Shown here piece after piece: positions 1 to 8,475 of a DNA stretch of 21,380 nucleotides. The DNA is taken from NCBI GenBank assembly GCA_051439505.1, contig JBFRWI010000035.1, positions 1 to 21,380 on the forward strand. The letters run 5' to 3'. The translations under genes and the position numbers were made by a program. Positions within the stretch are counted from its first letter, which is position 1. Each line of letters starts with the position of its first letter. Below the pieces are notes generated by a model. That model did no database searches. It was not told the origin of the DNA and worked only from the letters and a program-made list of their open reading frames with translations. This stretch comes from Hormoscilla sp. Its GTDB lineage: Bacteria; Cyanobacteriota; Cyanobacteriia; Cyanobacteriales; Desertifilaceae.

Positions 1-207
1 TGGCATTGATGCCCTGTGGAATTTGGTTGCCGATGCCCAGTAGCATTGCCCGGGAGGCCGCCCGATCGCCCTCACAGGGACAAGGTCGGGCCCATGCCCT
101 CCCAGAGAGAACCGAGGGGCGATGGGGCGATCGGGGTGTCGGGTCGTGCATAAAATCAGGCAATAGACAAAAAGGAAGTATAGACCAAGATGGAATAGGA
201 GGCAGAC

Positions 208-1353
208 ATGTCCCAGACTAAAACATTAGTGACAGATAACAACAGCTTTGCCCTGGATCTCTATCAGCAACTGCGTAACGAGGAAGGAAACCTGTTTTTC
301 TCTCCCTTCAGCATATCGACAGCCTTAGGGATGACTTACGCGGGAGCGAGGAACGAGACCGCAGCGGCAATGGCCCAGGTGTTGCACTTTTCCCAGGAAG
401 GAGAACATCTGCATAAAAACTTTGCCACGATCCTGCGGGACGTGCAAACAGGATGTGGCCAGCAGGTGAGCATTGCCAACGGACTGTGGGCGCAAAAAGG
501 AATTAATTTCCAGAAAGAATTCGTCAACATCATCGAGAAGCAGTACCAAGCGCCAATAGCAGAAGTAGACTTCATTTGCGAGAGTGAGTCAGCGGGGCAA
601 AAGATTAACAACTGGGTAGCTGCGCAAACTCAAGAAAAGATTCAAGAATTGATCCCTGAGGGAATGCTGAACGTCGATACGCGGTTGGTGCTGGCGAATG
701 CCATCTATTTCAAAGGAGACTGGGCATTGCCGTTCCGTGAGGATAATACCAGGGAAACGGCCTTCGCTATCTCGCCCGATCGGGAGGTAGAAGTGCCAAT
801 GATGTATCATTTCAAAATAGGTTTGCCCTATGCACGACTGCCGGAACTGCAAGTGCTAGAATTGCCCTATGAGCAAGAGAAACTATCGATGGTGGTGCTG
901 TTGCCAAAAGCAGTAGATGGGTTAGCCTCCTTAGAAAAGCAGCTAACCCCGGAAAAATTAGACAAGTGGCTGTCATCTTTAGACTTCGTTCCAGGTGGGG
1001 TGCAAGTGTGGTTGCCGAAGTTCCAGATGACTTCCCAATTTCAGATGAAAGAAACACTCTCCCAGATGGGGATGGGGTTGGCATTTAGCCAGCAAGCAGA
1101 TTTTTCGGGCATCAATGGCAAGTCCGATGATTTATTGATATCCGAAGTAGTTCACAAAGCCTTTGTAGATGTAAATGAACAGGGTACGGAGGCAGCAGCG
1201 GTGACAGGTGTTATGATGGCAACGAGGAGCATCCCTGTACCACCTCAAGAGATCTTTCGTGCCGATCGCCCATTTCTGTTCCTGATTCGGGAGAATGAAA
1301 CTGGCAGTATACTATTCTTGGGTCGGGTAGTGAATCCTTTAACCACGCCTTAA
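208..1353 (+). CDS. Serpin (serine protease inhibitor) family protein
   Basis: 381 aa; NLFFSPFSI, LVLANAIYFKGDW, hinge EQGTEAAA, C-terminal FRADRPFLFLIRE...ILFLGRVVNP; SD-like AGGAGG upstream. Confidence 0.96.
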   Translation: MSQTKTLVTDNNSFALDLYQQLRNEEGNLFFSPFSISTALGMTYAGARNETAAAMAQVLHFSQEGEHLHKNFATILRDVQTGCGQQVSIANGLWAQKGINFQKEFVNIIEKQYQAPIAEVDFICESESAGQKINNWVAAQTQEKIQELIPEGMLNVDTRLVLANAIYFKGDWALPFREDNTRETAFAISPDREVEVPMMYHFKIGLPYARLPELQVLELPYEQEKLSMVVLLPKAVDGLASLEKQLTPEKLDKWLSSLDFVPGGVQVWLPKFQMTSQFQMKETLSQMGMGLAFSQQADFSGINGKSDDLLISEVVHKAFVDVNEQGTEAAAVTGVMMATRSIPVPPQEIFRADRPFLFLIRENETGSILFLGRVVNPLTTP

Positions 1354-1425
1354 CCACGCCCCAACCCAACCACGCCACCCCGCCCCAACCCTAAAGGGTC
1401 GGGCTACAGGAACAAAGCAATTGTC

Positions 1426-1463
1426 TAAGCGAGCGCAGCGCGGCAACCGCCTGCGCTCGCTTA
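1426..1463. terminator. GC-rich hairpin downstream of serpin (terminator or REP-like)
   Basis: TAAGCGAGCGCAG / CTGCGCTCGCTTA 13-bp stem plus inner GCGG-CAA-CCGC; no strong U tract. Confidence 0.5.
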
Positions 1464-1550
1464 ATTGGTTGCATGGGAGATTTTATGTTATGATAGGTGA
1501 GACAGCTCATGTTGTCCGTAGTACAGAGTTGACGATCGCATATAAAGAAA

Positions 1551-1811
1551 ATGGCACGTTTTAGTCCCTATACCCTGCAAATGCAAATCACCCGGATGTT
1601 CGCAGAAGGGCAATCCTTTTTTGCCACAACGAAGGTACAAGATTGGTTGCGAGAACGGAATCAAGATCCGGCAGATTACGAGATTATCTTTCACCAGCAA
1701 CCAGCGCCCCCAGGCTCCCAAGAAGTGATGCAGATCACAATTGAACTGCGGCGTCGAGATGGAGAACCTGTAGATGAATGGCTGCAACAAGAGGTCGATC
1801 GGCAAATCTGA
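1551..1811 (+). CDS. Small hypothetical protein resembling conserved cyanobacterial proteins
   Basis: 86-aa ORF with globular composition, same strand as neighbours. Confidence 0.75.
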   Translation: MARFSPYTLQMQITRMFAEGQSFFATTKVQDWLRERNQDPADYEIIFHQQPAPPGSQEVMQITIELRRRDGEPVDEWLQQEVDRQI

Positions 1812-2003
1812 TTCTGTGAGAAGCCGTTCGCCGTTCGTAGTAAGACACACTTTACGGCTTCCCAGGGGCGAAGCGCAGAGTGAGGTTCAGTGATTTATAA
1901 GTGCGGTTGGGTGATTGATAATTGCTGCCAATAGATAAATTAACAGATGGCAAATAGCTCCTGGCGATCGACAATAAAAAAAGAAGAATAACTTGTAGAT
2001 CGC

Positions 2004-2393
2004 ATGAAATCTCAACACAAATCTGGAAATAAAGGCTGGATTATCGCGTTTTGGTTGTACTTCCTGCTGCTAGTAGGAATTTCGGTCTCTGCTTACCTGA
2101 GAATCCTGCCCCCTCAACTAACTGCCCATGACAAGCTGGGACATTTTATCTTGCTAGGAACTGCTAGTTTCCTCAGCCATCAAGCCTTGGGAAGAAAGAT
2201 GATCGCCACTCCAGTAGTTAAAATGCCCCTAGGTCCCGTTCTGATTACCATTCTAGCTTTTATTGACGAAAATACTCAGGTGTTATCAGCAGCGAGAAGT
2301 TATAGCATGACTGACTTAGCTGCAAATTGGATTGGCATCTGGGTGTTTTATTGGATAGGAGAACAAGTAAGGAAATTAAATTCTGATAGCTGA
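2004..2393 (+). CDS. VanZ-like membrane protein
   Basis: 129 aa, hydrophobic; DKLGHF motif, DE-x-x-Q and R-x-x-S-x-x-DLAAN motifs typical of VanZ. Confidence 0.82.
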   Translation: MKSQHKSGNKGWIIAFWLYFLLLVGISVSAYLRILPPQLTAHDKLGHFILLGTASFLSHQALGRKMIATPVVKMPLGPVLITILAFIDENTQVLSAARSYSMTDLAANWIGIWVFYWIGEQVRKLNSDS

Positions 2394-2537
2394 TGGTAAA
2401 GGGGAAATGGCGATGAGAAACCCAAGGTTGGCGCGGCGCGGTTGGGTTTCCTGCGGAGATCCAACATACAGGAGCTTTCCAATGCAATAATTGTGATAAA
2501 TTGCTAAGATATGTAGAAGTAGTTTTGGTGAAGGGCG

Positions 2538-3049
2538 ATGGCAGAAGGAGACAACGGACATAAAAGTGACGAACTCTCCGATTATAGATCGGCACGGAAT
2601 CTGCTGAAGATAGTAACGGCGGAACTGGAAAGTTGGCGCGCGCAGCCGGATCTCAACTCAAAAGCAGCCCCAGGGACAGGGAAACCCGATCGGGCCAAGC
2701 CCAAAGCAGCCTCGAAGATCGGCACGGGTTTATTTCTGGCTTTAATGTCAGCAGTAGTGCTGTCGATATTTAACGTTTACCTGAAGATTATTTTCCAGAC
2801 TCCCGGGCAGTCGAGTAAGATATTAGGTATATTAGAACAGCCAGGACTGCTGGCACCGGGATTCGGAAATGCCCTGTTAATTTTGTTTCTGCGGATGATA
2901 GTGGTGATGGCAGTGATGCCAATCTTAGCCACAGTCCTCTATCCGCCAGTTTGGCAAGATATTAAAGGGTTTCTCCAGTCAAAAGACCGGGCCCAGATGC
3001 TGAAAGTAGTGGGAAGTGGCTTCTTTCTGCTGCTGTCTCAAGTATGCAT
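2538..3049 (+). pseudogene. 5' part of an EamA/DMT-family permease (SepJ-like permease domain), truncated by IS982
   Basis: GLFLALMSAVVLSIFNV...GNALLILFLRMIVV...LYPPVWQDIK...GSGFFLLLSQVCI, then the frame runs into the IS inverted repeat at 3050; no 3' half seen beyond the IS. Confidence 0.8.
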
Positions 3050-4256
3050 ACGCGATGTGCAACTTATTGACTGAGAAGTCTCTCGAACTGCAAAGGATCA
3101 TGACTATGACGATTTAACCATATACAAACGGTGTGGGCTAAAATTTTGCCGTTAAAACGATTGGTTAAATGCCAGGTATCCCTGGCCCAAACTTTTTCAA
3201 TATTAAACCGTTCTTGAAGCTGTCCAATTACCGTTTCAATTAAGCGTCTAATTTTCATAAAAAAATTCACCAAATCTCTGGGAAGTTTGTCCTTCATGTT
3301 TTTACGTAATGCTGTTTGTAAATTAATACCTACATCAGCTAATTGCTGTTTTAATTCTTCGCTAATATAACCTTTATCTCCAATTAAAAGACATTTAATT
3401 CCTGATACAGTTTCCCATAAAGCTTCTCGCTCCGAGCCATTACCACTTGTCACGGTCAAACCTGTAATTACTCCGAAACTCTTAATTCCTAAATGACCTC
3501 TAAATCCATAATAAAAACTATCTTTAGCCGCACAATAACCGTAATCTGATTCGGCAGAAAAATTAGCACAACGAGGGGCACGGGTAATACCACATAATGG
3601 TATAGGAATGCCGTCTATTAAATGAATTGAATCAGAGAAACCTCCTAATCTCCACGCTAAGCATTTTTGTAATTCTTGTTTATACATCCAGAAATTTGCC
3701 ACCTGTCTCGTAAATGTGGTACGAGTTTTTAATTTAGGAAATAAAGGTAACCAATGGTGTCTAAAGTATTTCCAAATTGCTCGATCAGTATCTATTCGGA
3801 TAAATTCTCCTACAATTTCCATTGTAATCACTTCAGCATCAGTTAATGAGGGTGCAAACCCTCTTCGCCTTGGGGGGTATTTTGTTTGAATATTTCTCAA
3901 AAAGTAATCTACACAACAATAAACAGCTATGATAAACTCTTCCATAGAAAACATTTGTTTCACCTCAATGCAAGGGAAATTTGTGTATTTTCAAATTTTA
4001 GTGGTGGAACTTTTTTTTGTCAAGGGGTTAGTCCAAAATGAGATAAAAAAGTATTTTACAATACAGTAAATTTCAGAGTTTCCCTCATTAAAGTGCCTTC
4101 GGAAAATCAGGCTACCAACGCCTTCGCGGCGATAAGCCTCGGCCAACCACGAGCGGCCTTTATGCTCTGTGGCCTGGAACCCTAGCCATCTAGGGCTGTT
4201 TGAGCTTCAAGTTGGTAGCCTACATTCAGATTTGGCAAAAAAGTTGCACATCGCGT
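3050..4256 (-). mobile_element. IS982-family insertion sequence (1207 bp)
   Basis: Perfect 16-bp terminal IRs ACGCGATGTGCAACTT (3050-3065) / AAGTTGCACATCGCGT (4241-4256); AT-rich; single transposase; no matching TSD. Confidence 0.92.
3064..3963 (-). CDS. IS982-family DDE transposase
   Basis: 299 aa (possible ATG start at 3954); LTDAEVIT, IDGIPIPLC, FYYGFRGH, IGDKGY, RRLIETVIGQL; stop overlaps the IR. Confidence 0.93.
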   Translation of the reverse strand: MKQMFSMEEFIIAVYCCVDYFLRNIQTKYPPRRRGFAPSLTDAEVITMEIVGEFIRIDTDRAIWKYFRHHWLPLFPKLKTRTTFTRQVANFWMYKQELQKCLAWRLGGFSDSIHLIDGIPIPLCGITRAPRCANFSAESDYGYCAAKDSFYYGFRGHLGIKSFGVITGLTVTSGNGSEREALWETVSGIKCLLIGDKGYISEELKQQLADVGINLQTALRKNMKDKLPRDLVNFFMKIRRLIETVIGQLQERFNIEKVWARDTWHLTNRFNGKILAHTVCIWLNRHSHDPLQFERLLSQ

Positions 4257-4327
4257 AAGCTTACATTGACGCAGAGTAAGCTTACATCAATGCAGAGTAA
4301 GCTTACATTAATGCAGAGTAAGCTTAC
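4255..4327. repeat. 21-bp tandem repeat, about 3.5 units
   Basis: GTAAGCTTACATYRAYGCAGA units starting at 4255, 4276, 4297, 4318 (last partial); each contains the palindrome GTAAGCTTAC. Confidence 0.93.
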
Positions 4328-4670
4328 CCTGGCCGATCGCTGACTCTATCTGAATTATAGTCCATCGGGGTTATGGCCGCATCGGAGTTGCAACTAGCTC
4401 TGTTTGCGGTAAAGGGCGCGGTGGTGAGTGGTACACCGGTGATGGCGGTACCCCTTCATTACGTAGATTGTACCCGAACTACGAACCGCGCAGGACACGC
4501 AGCCCTGTTGCGAGGTACGAAGCAATCTTGATGCCGTACACCTACAGGATCTGCATAGATGCCGAAAGATTGACAATTGGCGATTTTTAACCATTGGCGA
4601 TATCATAGCCCCTGGCACGCTAGCTTGAGATTGTGTCAATATTAAACAGGATACGAGAACTCAAAGAAAG

Positions 4671-5585
4671 ATGTTGCCTCAGCCATTGGAAACTCGACCC
4701 TGGTACTCGCAAATTGGCGCTCAACGCGATTGGATCTGGCGCGGTTGGCAAATTCGCTATACTTATATTCGTTCCGATCTCCGTGAGGCCGATCGCGCGC
4801 CCTTGGTTTTCCTCCACGGTTTTGGGTCCGCGATCGGTCAATGGCGCTACAACTTACAGCCCCTCAGTGAAGATCGTACAGTCTATGGGCTGGATTTGCT
4901 GGGGTTTGGCGCTTCCCAAAAAGCACCTGCCGAGTACGGTGCCGAACTGTGGATGGCGCAAGTACGGGACTTCTGGCGCAGCTTTATTCAAACCCCCATC
5001 GTCCTGGTCGGCCACTCCCTGGGCGGTGCGGTGGCCCTGGCAGTTGCGGCCAGTTACCCGGAAATGGTTCGCGGTTTGGTCTTGCTGACGGTGCCGCCTT
5101 CGGTACAAGAACGATCCTCTTCTAAATTACAAGCCATAGGCGCATCTATGGAAACAGCTTTTGCTTCTCCCTTGCTGCTGCGATCGCTATTTCCCCTTTT
5201 CCGGCGTCCGCAGGTAATTCGCAAGGGTCTCCAGCTTGCCTATGTTAACCAAGAGATGGTAACTCCAGAATTAGTCGCCTTATTTGCCGATCCACCCCTA
5301 GACAGAGGGGCCCCAGGAGTATTGTGCCGACTGTTTCGATCGAAAAACCGACGAGATTATACCCCTAACGTGAAGGTAACGCTGCCGCAACTGGAAATGC
5401 CGATTCTGATGTTGTGGGGCAAGCAAGACCGAGTGATTCCCCTAGACTGGGGACGGCAGTTAGCAACGCTCAATCCACAGTTACAATTTGTAGAGATCGA
5501 AAATGTAGGTCATTGTGCTTACGATGAATGTCCCGATCGAGTCAATCAGGAAATCATCACTTGGCTCAAATCTCATTATTTGTAA
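4671..5585 (+). CDS. Alpha/beta fold hydrolase
   Basis: 304 aa; HGFG oxyanion motif, DLLGFGAS, GHSLGG nucleophile elbow, WGKQD, GHC. Confidence 0.95.
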   Translation: MLPQPLETRPWYSQIGAQRDWIWRGWQIRYTYIRSDLREADRAPLVFLHGFGSAIGQWRYNLQPLSEDRTVYGLDLLGFGASQKAPAEYGAELWMAQVRDFWRSFIQTPIVLVGHSLGGAVALAVAASYPEMVRGLVLLTVPPSVQERSSSKLQAIGASMETAFASPLLLRSLFPLFRRPQVIRKGLQLAYVNQEMVTPELVALFADPPLDRGAPGVLCRLFRSKNRRDYTPNVKVTLPQLEMPILMLWGKQDRVIPLDWGRQLATLNPQLQFVEIENVGHCAYDECPDRVNQEIITWLKSHYL

Positions 5586-5720
5586 AGCAGAAAAATTGGC
5601 GGCACAACGATGAGCATTGACTGGCGATCGGCGATCGGTCCCTAGTTCAACCCGTGAACCTGCTGCACTGCCGGTAGTCGCGATCGCCTAGCGCCGGTGG
5701 CAAACAGGGGGCCCCTGGCC

Positions 5721-5795
5721 CTTGTTCGGTGGGAAAATGTAAAGAATTATTAACAGGGGTTGCCATTTGCCCGAGGAGGTTGCTAAGTTAGATGT
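5721..5795 (+). promoter_or_regulatory. Promoter of repeated ncRNA unit 1 with upstream HLR1-like direct repeat
   Basis: -35 TTGCCA 5760-5765, 18-bp spacer, TGn + TAAGTT 5784-5789; AATGTAAA-GA-ATTATTAA at 5736-5753; spacing identical in all three units. Confidence 0.75.
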
Positions 5796-6086
5796 ACGAA
5801 CACCGAAAAGGATAAATACAGGCGATCTAGACGCGGTGTGTTTTCTGTCTAGAGTCACCGAATGCAGCCGAGACATGGTCAATAGTGGCAAGACACTCAT
5901 TACCCGAGTAAAGCCAACGGTCTGGAAAGACGCGATTATGTAGAAGCCAAAAGGGCTTTGCTGCGTACAGTTGTCAACCATAGTTTTGCAGACAGATTCG
6001 ATTTTCCCATTTCACCAAATCAGCTTGAAAGATACTTTTGCTTCCATGAGGGGTCTAGCCGCCGTCGGTTAGACCCCTGAAGCTTT
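5796..6086 (+). ncRNA. Putative structured ncRNA, copy 1 (about 290 nt; ends inferred)
   Basis: Between conserved promoter and 3' hairpin; ACACCG 5800-5805 pairs with loop CGGTGT 5834-5839 of TCTAGAC/GTCTAGA stem; ATGCAGC 5862-5868 / GCTGCGT 5960-5966; no conserved ORF. Confidence 0.78.
6049..6086 (+). terminator. 3' hairpin of ncRNA copy 1
   Basis: AGGGGTCTAGCCG-CCGT-CGGTTAGACCCCT then GAAGCTTT. Confidence 0.7.
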
Positions 6087-6093
6087 GAGGGGT

Positions 6094-6168
6094 CTTGTTC
6101 GGTGTGAGAATGTAAAGAAATATTAACAGGGGTTGACAGTGAGGTTGGGTAGTTGCTAGCTTATACAT
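6094..6168 (+). promoter_or_regulatory. Promoter of repeated ncRNA unit 2
   Basis: -35 TTGACA 6133-6138, TGn + TAGCTT 6157-6162; AATGTAAA-GA-AATATTAA 6109-6126; offset 373 bp from unit 1. Confidence 0.8.
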
Positions 6169-6455
6169 ATAGACGCCAAAAGGATAACCAAAGGGATTCA
6201 TGCTCAGGTGTCGTTTCCAGCAGAGAATCCAGTCGCAGCAACTTCACTCGTAGCATCCAGTGGCAAAACCCCCCAAGATGGGATAAGGCCAAACCTAAGT
6301 CCGGAAAGACAAAGCTATAATTAGATCGCCGAAAGGCAAGCTGCGATCGAGTAGTAAACCTTATCTGTCCTATCTAGTTCTCGCGAGTTACACTTGAAAA
6401 ACTCTTTTGCTTCCAGAATAGGTCTAGCCGCCGCCGGTTAGACCTATTAAGCTTT
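6169..6455 (+). ncRNA. Putative structured ncRNA, copy 2 (about 287 nt; ends inferred)
   Basis: GACGCC 6172-6177 pairs with loop GGTGTC 6207-6212 of GGATTC/GAATCC stem; TCGCAGC 6233-6239 / GCTGCGA 6340-6346; GCC-GAAA-GGC hairpin. Confidence 0.78.
6417..6455 (+). terminator. 3' hairpin of ncRNA copy 2
   Basis: AATAGGTCTAGCCG-CCGC-CGGTTAGACCTATT then AAGCTTT; base of stem covaries with copy 1. Confidence 0.72.
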
Positions 6456-6486
6456 AAGGATCGACGGATGATAGATTCCAAAGAAT

Positions 6487-6530
6487 ATGCTTAGAGAACA
6501 AATAAAGAAGGAAATAGAGTTGCTACTAAG
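6487..6530 (+). pseudogene. 5' fragment of a small antitoxin-like gene interrupted by the TnpB element
   Basis: MLREQIKKEIELL(L); joins in frame with the fragment at 8456-8663 when the element is removed. Confidence 0.75.
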
Positions 6531-8455
6531 TGCGCAAAAACCTACACATCTCTCATATTTAGGCAAATATTCAGTATCGCCCTTGGTTATTCTCTGTAGC
6601 AAAAAACATATTTATTTCCGTATTATTGCTACGCCCAACAGAGCAGGCTTGTGTCTATAATTGTAAGTATAAGTCTAAAAAGAAACGAGCAGCTCGTAAA
6701 GAAAAAAAGAACTCATGAGTATTATAGCAAAAATCAAGCAAAAAGGAAATGAAAAAGCCGGGGTCGAGTCATCAACTAGAACTATTTGCGATACATGGAA
6801 CTGAGATAATTCCAAATGTGACGCTGTTAGGCAATAACTTGAATCTTTGCGCAAACAGTATTCAGAATCGAAAAACATTCCAGAAACTATCGGAGGGTTT
6901 AATTTTAGACAACGGAAATCTGACTCCATTCTGGAACGAATTATCAAGCCGGATATCTAATGGTTTATCACTGCCAACCGAGACAGACTCTGTAAGATAT
7001 GAAAACTGGTTAAACGTCTATGCAAGAGCAATAGAGTCTAACTCTTGGTTCTCCGCGACCGGTAGCTCGGTGCATGGCAAAAGTTTATTTAAAATAAAAT
7101 GCCCGGCATCAACGGATTCAATTCTCGGGACTACTGTTTGTGAAGAGAAGAAAAAATCGAGAAAGTACGGAAATAACCCATTCAAGAAAAGCCAGAATAT
7201 CCAACCGAATAGCATTAAGAAAATTCCGGTGTTTCCCGAACCGGAACTGCATGTTATTTGGAAACAATGGCTAGCTGCTTACCGTTGGGTGTACAACCAG
7301 TGTATCGAGTTCTATAACAACAATCGGGCACTGCCAGAAGGCCGTTCTTTAGACCAATATATTCAGCAGTTACAAAGTGAAGCAAAAAATGAATGGACAA
7401 AATGCTTGGGCAAAACTAGACAAGAGGCAGTTTGTGAGGCTCAAAGTGCTAGTAGGCAATCCCGCAAAGCCAATGGTGGTAAGGGTTGGCTGCGATTCAG
7501 ATCCTGTAGAAGTAAGTCCCAGGTCATTCAGTTTAAGAATGATGCTTATAGAAACGGCACGTGGTTTCCCTCAAAGATTGGCAATCTAAAATTTGTTGTG
7601 GCTAAAGGCTATGAATTGCCAATCAATTGCGTTTACGGTACGGAATTACTGTACCAACGCGGGCAATGGTTTGCAAGATTTCCCTCATATGTACCGATAG
7701 TATGTACGGGTTCTGATAAAGTAATTGCACTCGATCCTGGAAACCGCACCTTCTTGACCGGTTATGACGGCGAGAACATTTTAGAGATTGGCAAGGGAGA
7801 CATCGGGCGACTGACGAGGTTATGCCTGCACCTTGACAATTTGATTGGAAGAAAGATGAAAGCCACTGGCAAAGTCAACAAGCGTTTACGGTACAAGCTG
7901 AACAAGGCAATTGATCGACTTCGGTTCAAGATTCGCTCGCTAGTAGATGACCTACATCGTCAAGCTGCTAGTCTACTTGTCAATAGTTACAAGCTGATAT
8001 TTCTTCCTACTTACCAGACTTCGCAAATGGTGGTAAAAGCCAATCGTAAGATTAATCGTAAGTCGGTCAGAAATATGCTGACTTGGGCTATAGGTAGATT
8101 TGCTTCTCACTTGGAACAGGCAGCTAAGCGTCAAGGAGTACTGGTGGTTCGTTGCAATGAGGCTTACACGAGTAAAACCTGTCCCAAGTGCGGTCACGTC
8201 CACAAAAAACTTGGTGGTTCCAAAGTTCACTTTTGCCCGGCTTGCGGTCATAAAGCACCGCGAGATTGGGTCGGCGCCTTCAACATTTTATTGAGGGCTT
8301 TGCAGGCTGTCGCCTTCGATGTTAGAGATGGCGTTATCACCATTTCTGATGCCGATGTTATACTTGCCCAGAGCCAATATGAGCTTTGTGAGGGTTAAAG
8401 ACAGCACCAACTCAGCACCTACACCGTTCGGATGATTTGGGCTGAACATCGACAG
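6531..8455 (+). mobile_element. Non-autonomous IS607-type element carrying tnpB only (ends uncertain by about 5 bp)
   Basis: Splits a host ORF; AG dinucleotide at both junctions (6529-6530, 8454-8455); ACCTACAC near both ends (6540-6547, 8417-8424); no tnpA seen; no HIP1 sites seen inside. Confidence 0.75.
6749..8398 (+). CDS. tnpB: TnpB-family RNA-guided endonuclease with Fanzor-like rearranged RuvC
   Basis: 549 aa; RWVYN helix, ALDPGNRTF (D329), LIFLP (P420), NEAYTSKTCPKC (E471), CPAC zinc finger, RDWVGAFNI (D506); N-terminal extension with PFWN...LPT...SNSWFS. Confidence 0.93.
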   Translation: MKKPGSSHQLELFAIHGTEIIPNVTLLGNNLNLCANSIQNRKTFQKLSEGLILDNGNLTPFWNELSSRISNGLSLPTETDSVRYENWLNVYARAIESNSWFSATGSSVHGKSLFKIKCPASTDSILGTTVCEEKKKSRKYGNNPFKKSQNIQPNSIKKIPVFPEPELHVIWKQWLAAYRWVYNQCIEFYNNNRALPEGRSLDQYIQQLQSEAKNEWTKCLGKTRQEAVCEAQSASRQSRKANGGKGWLRFRSCRSKSQVIQFKNDAYRNGTWFPSKIGNLKFVVAKGYELPINCVYGTELLYQRGQWFARFPSYVPIVCTGSDKVIALDPGNRTFLTGYDGENILEIGKGDIGRLTRLCLHLDNLIGRKMKATGKVNKRLRYKLNKAIDRLRFKIRSLVDDLHRQAASLLVNSYKLIFLPTYQTSQMVVKANRKINRKSVRNMLTWAIGRFASHLEQAAKRQGVLVVRCNEAYTSKTCPKCGHVHKKLGGSKVHFCPACGHKAPRDWVGAFNILLRALQAVAFDVRDGVITISDADVILAQSQYELCEG

Positions 8456-8475
8456 CAACGGCGACCAGCAACTGC
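8300..8475 (+). ncRNA. Putative omegaRNA/reRNA (scaffold at element right end, guide from flank); 5' limit unknown
   Basis: Expected position for TnpB elements; hairpin GTTCGG 8426-8431 / CTGAAC 8442-8447 just before the right end. Confidence 0.45.

Noticed and set aside
4255..4327. Possible CRISPR array
   Set aside because: Units are contiguous 21-mers with no unique spacers and no cas genes
4373..4639. Small ORFs (52 aa at 4373-4531 on +; Cys/His-rich 81 aa on -)
   Set aside because: No recognisable motif or RBS; cannot choose between frames
5886..5930. c-di-GMP-I (GEMM) riboswitch suggested by GGCAA...AAAGCC
   Set aside because: Lacks the GGACGCAAAGCC core and second-stem consensus, and no gene is controlled downstream
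5796..6455. ncRNA units as extra omegaRNAs for the TnpB
   Set aside because: They lie outside the element ends, share no visible sequence with its right end and finish in a conserved hairpin, not a variable guide; RNP sequencing would settle it
6531..6748. IS607 tnpA remnant (ELMSII at 6709-6726)
   Set aside because: Too short, preceded by an in-frame stop, no serine recombinase motifs
6749..8398. Cas12f/Cas12k effector with the upstream RNAs as tracrRNA
   Set aside because: No repeat-spacer array; the gene lies in a discrete insertion that splits a host ORF
6519..8459. GTTGCT / AGCAAC as terminal inverted repeats of the TnpB element
   Set aside because: Only 6 bp, and excision there does not restore the host reading frame
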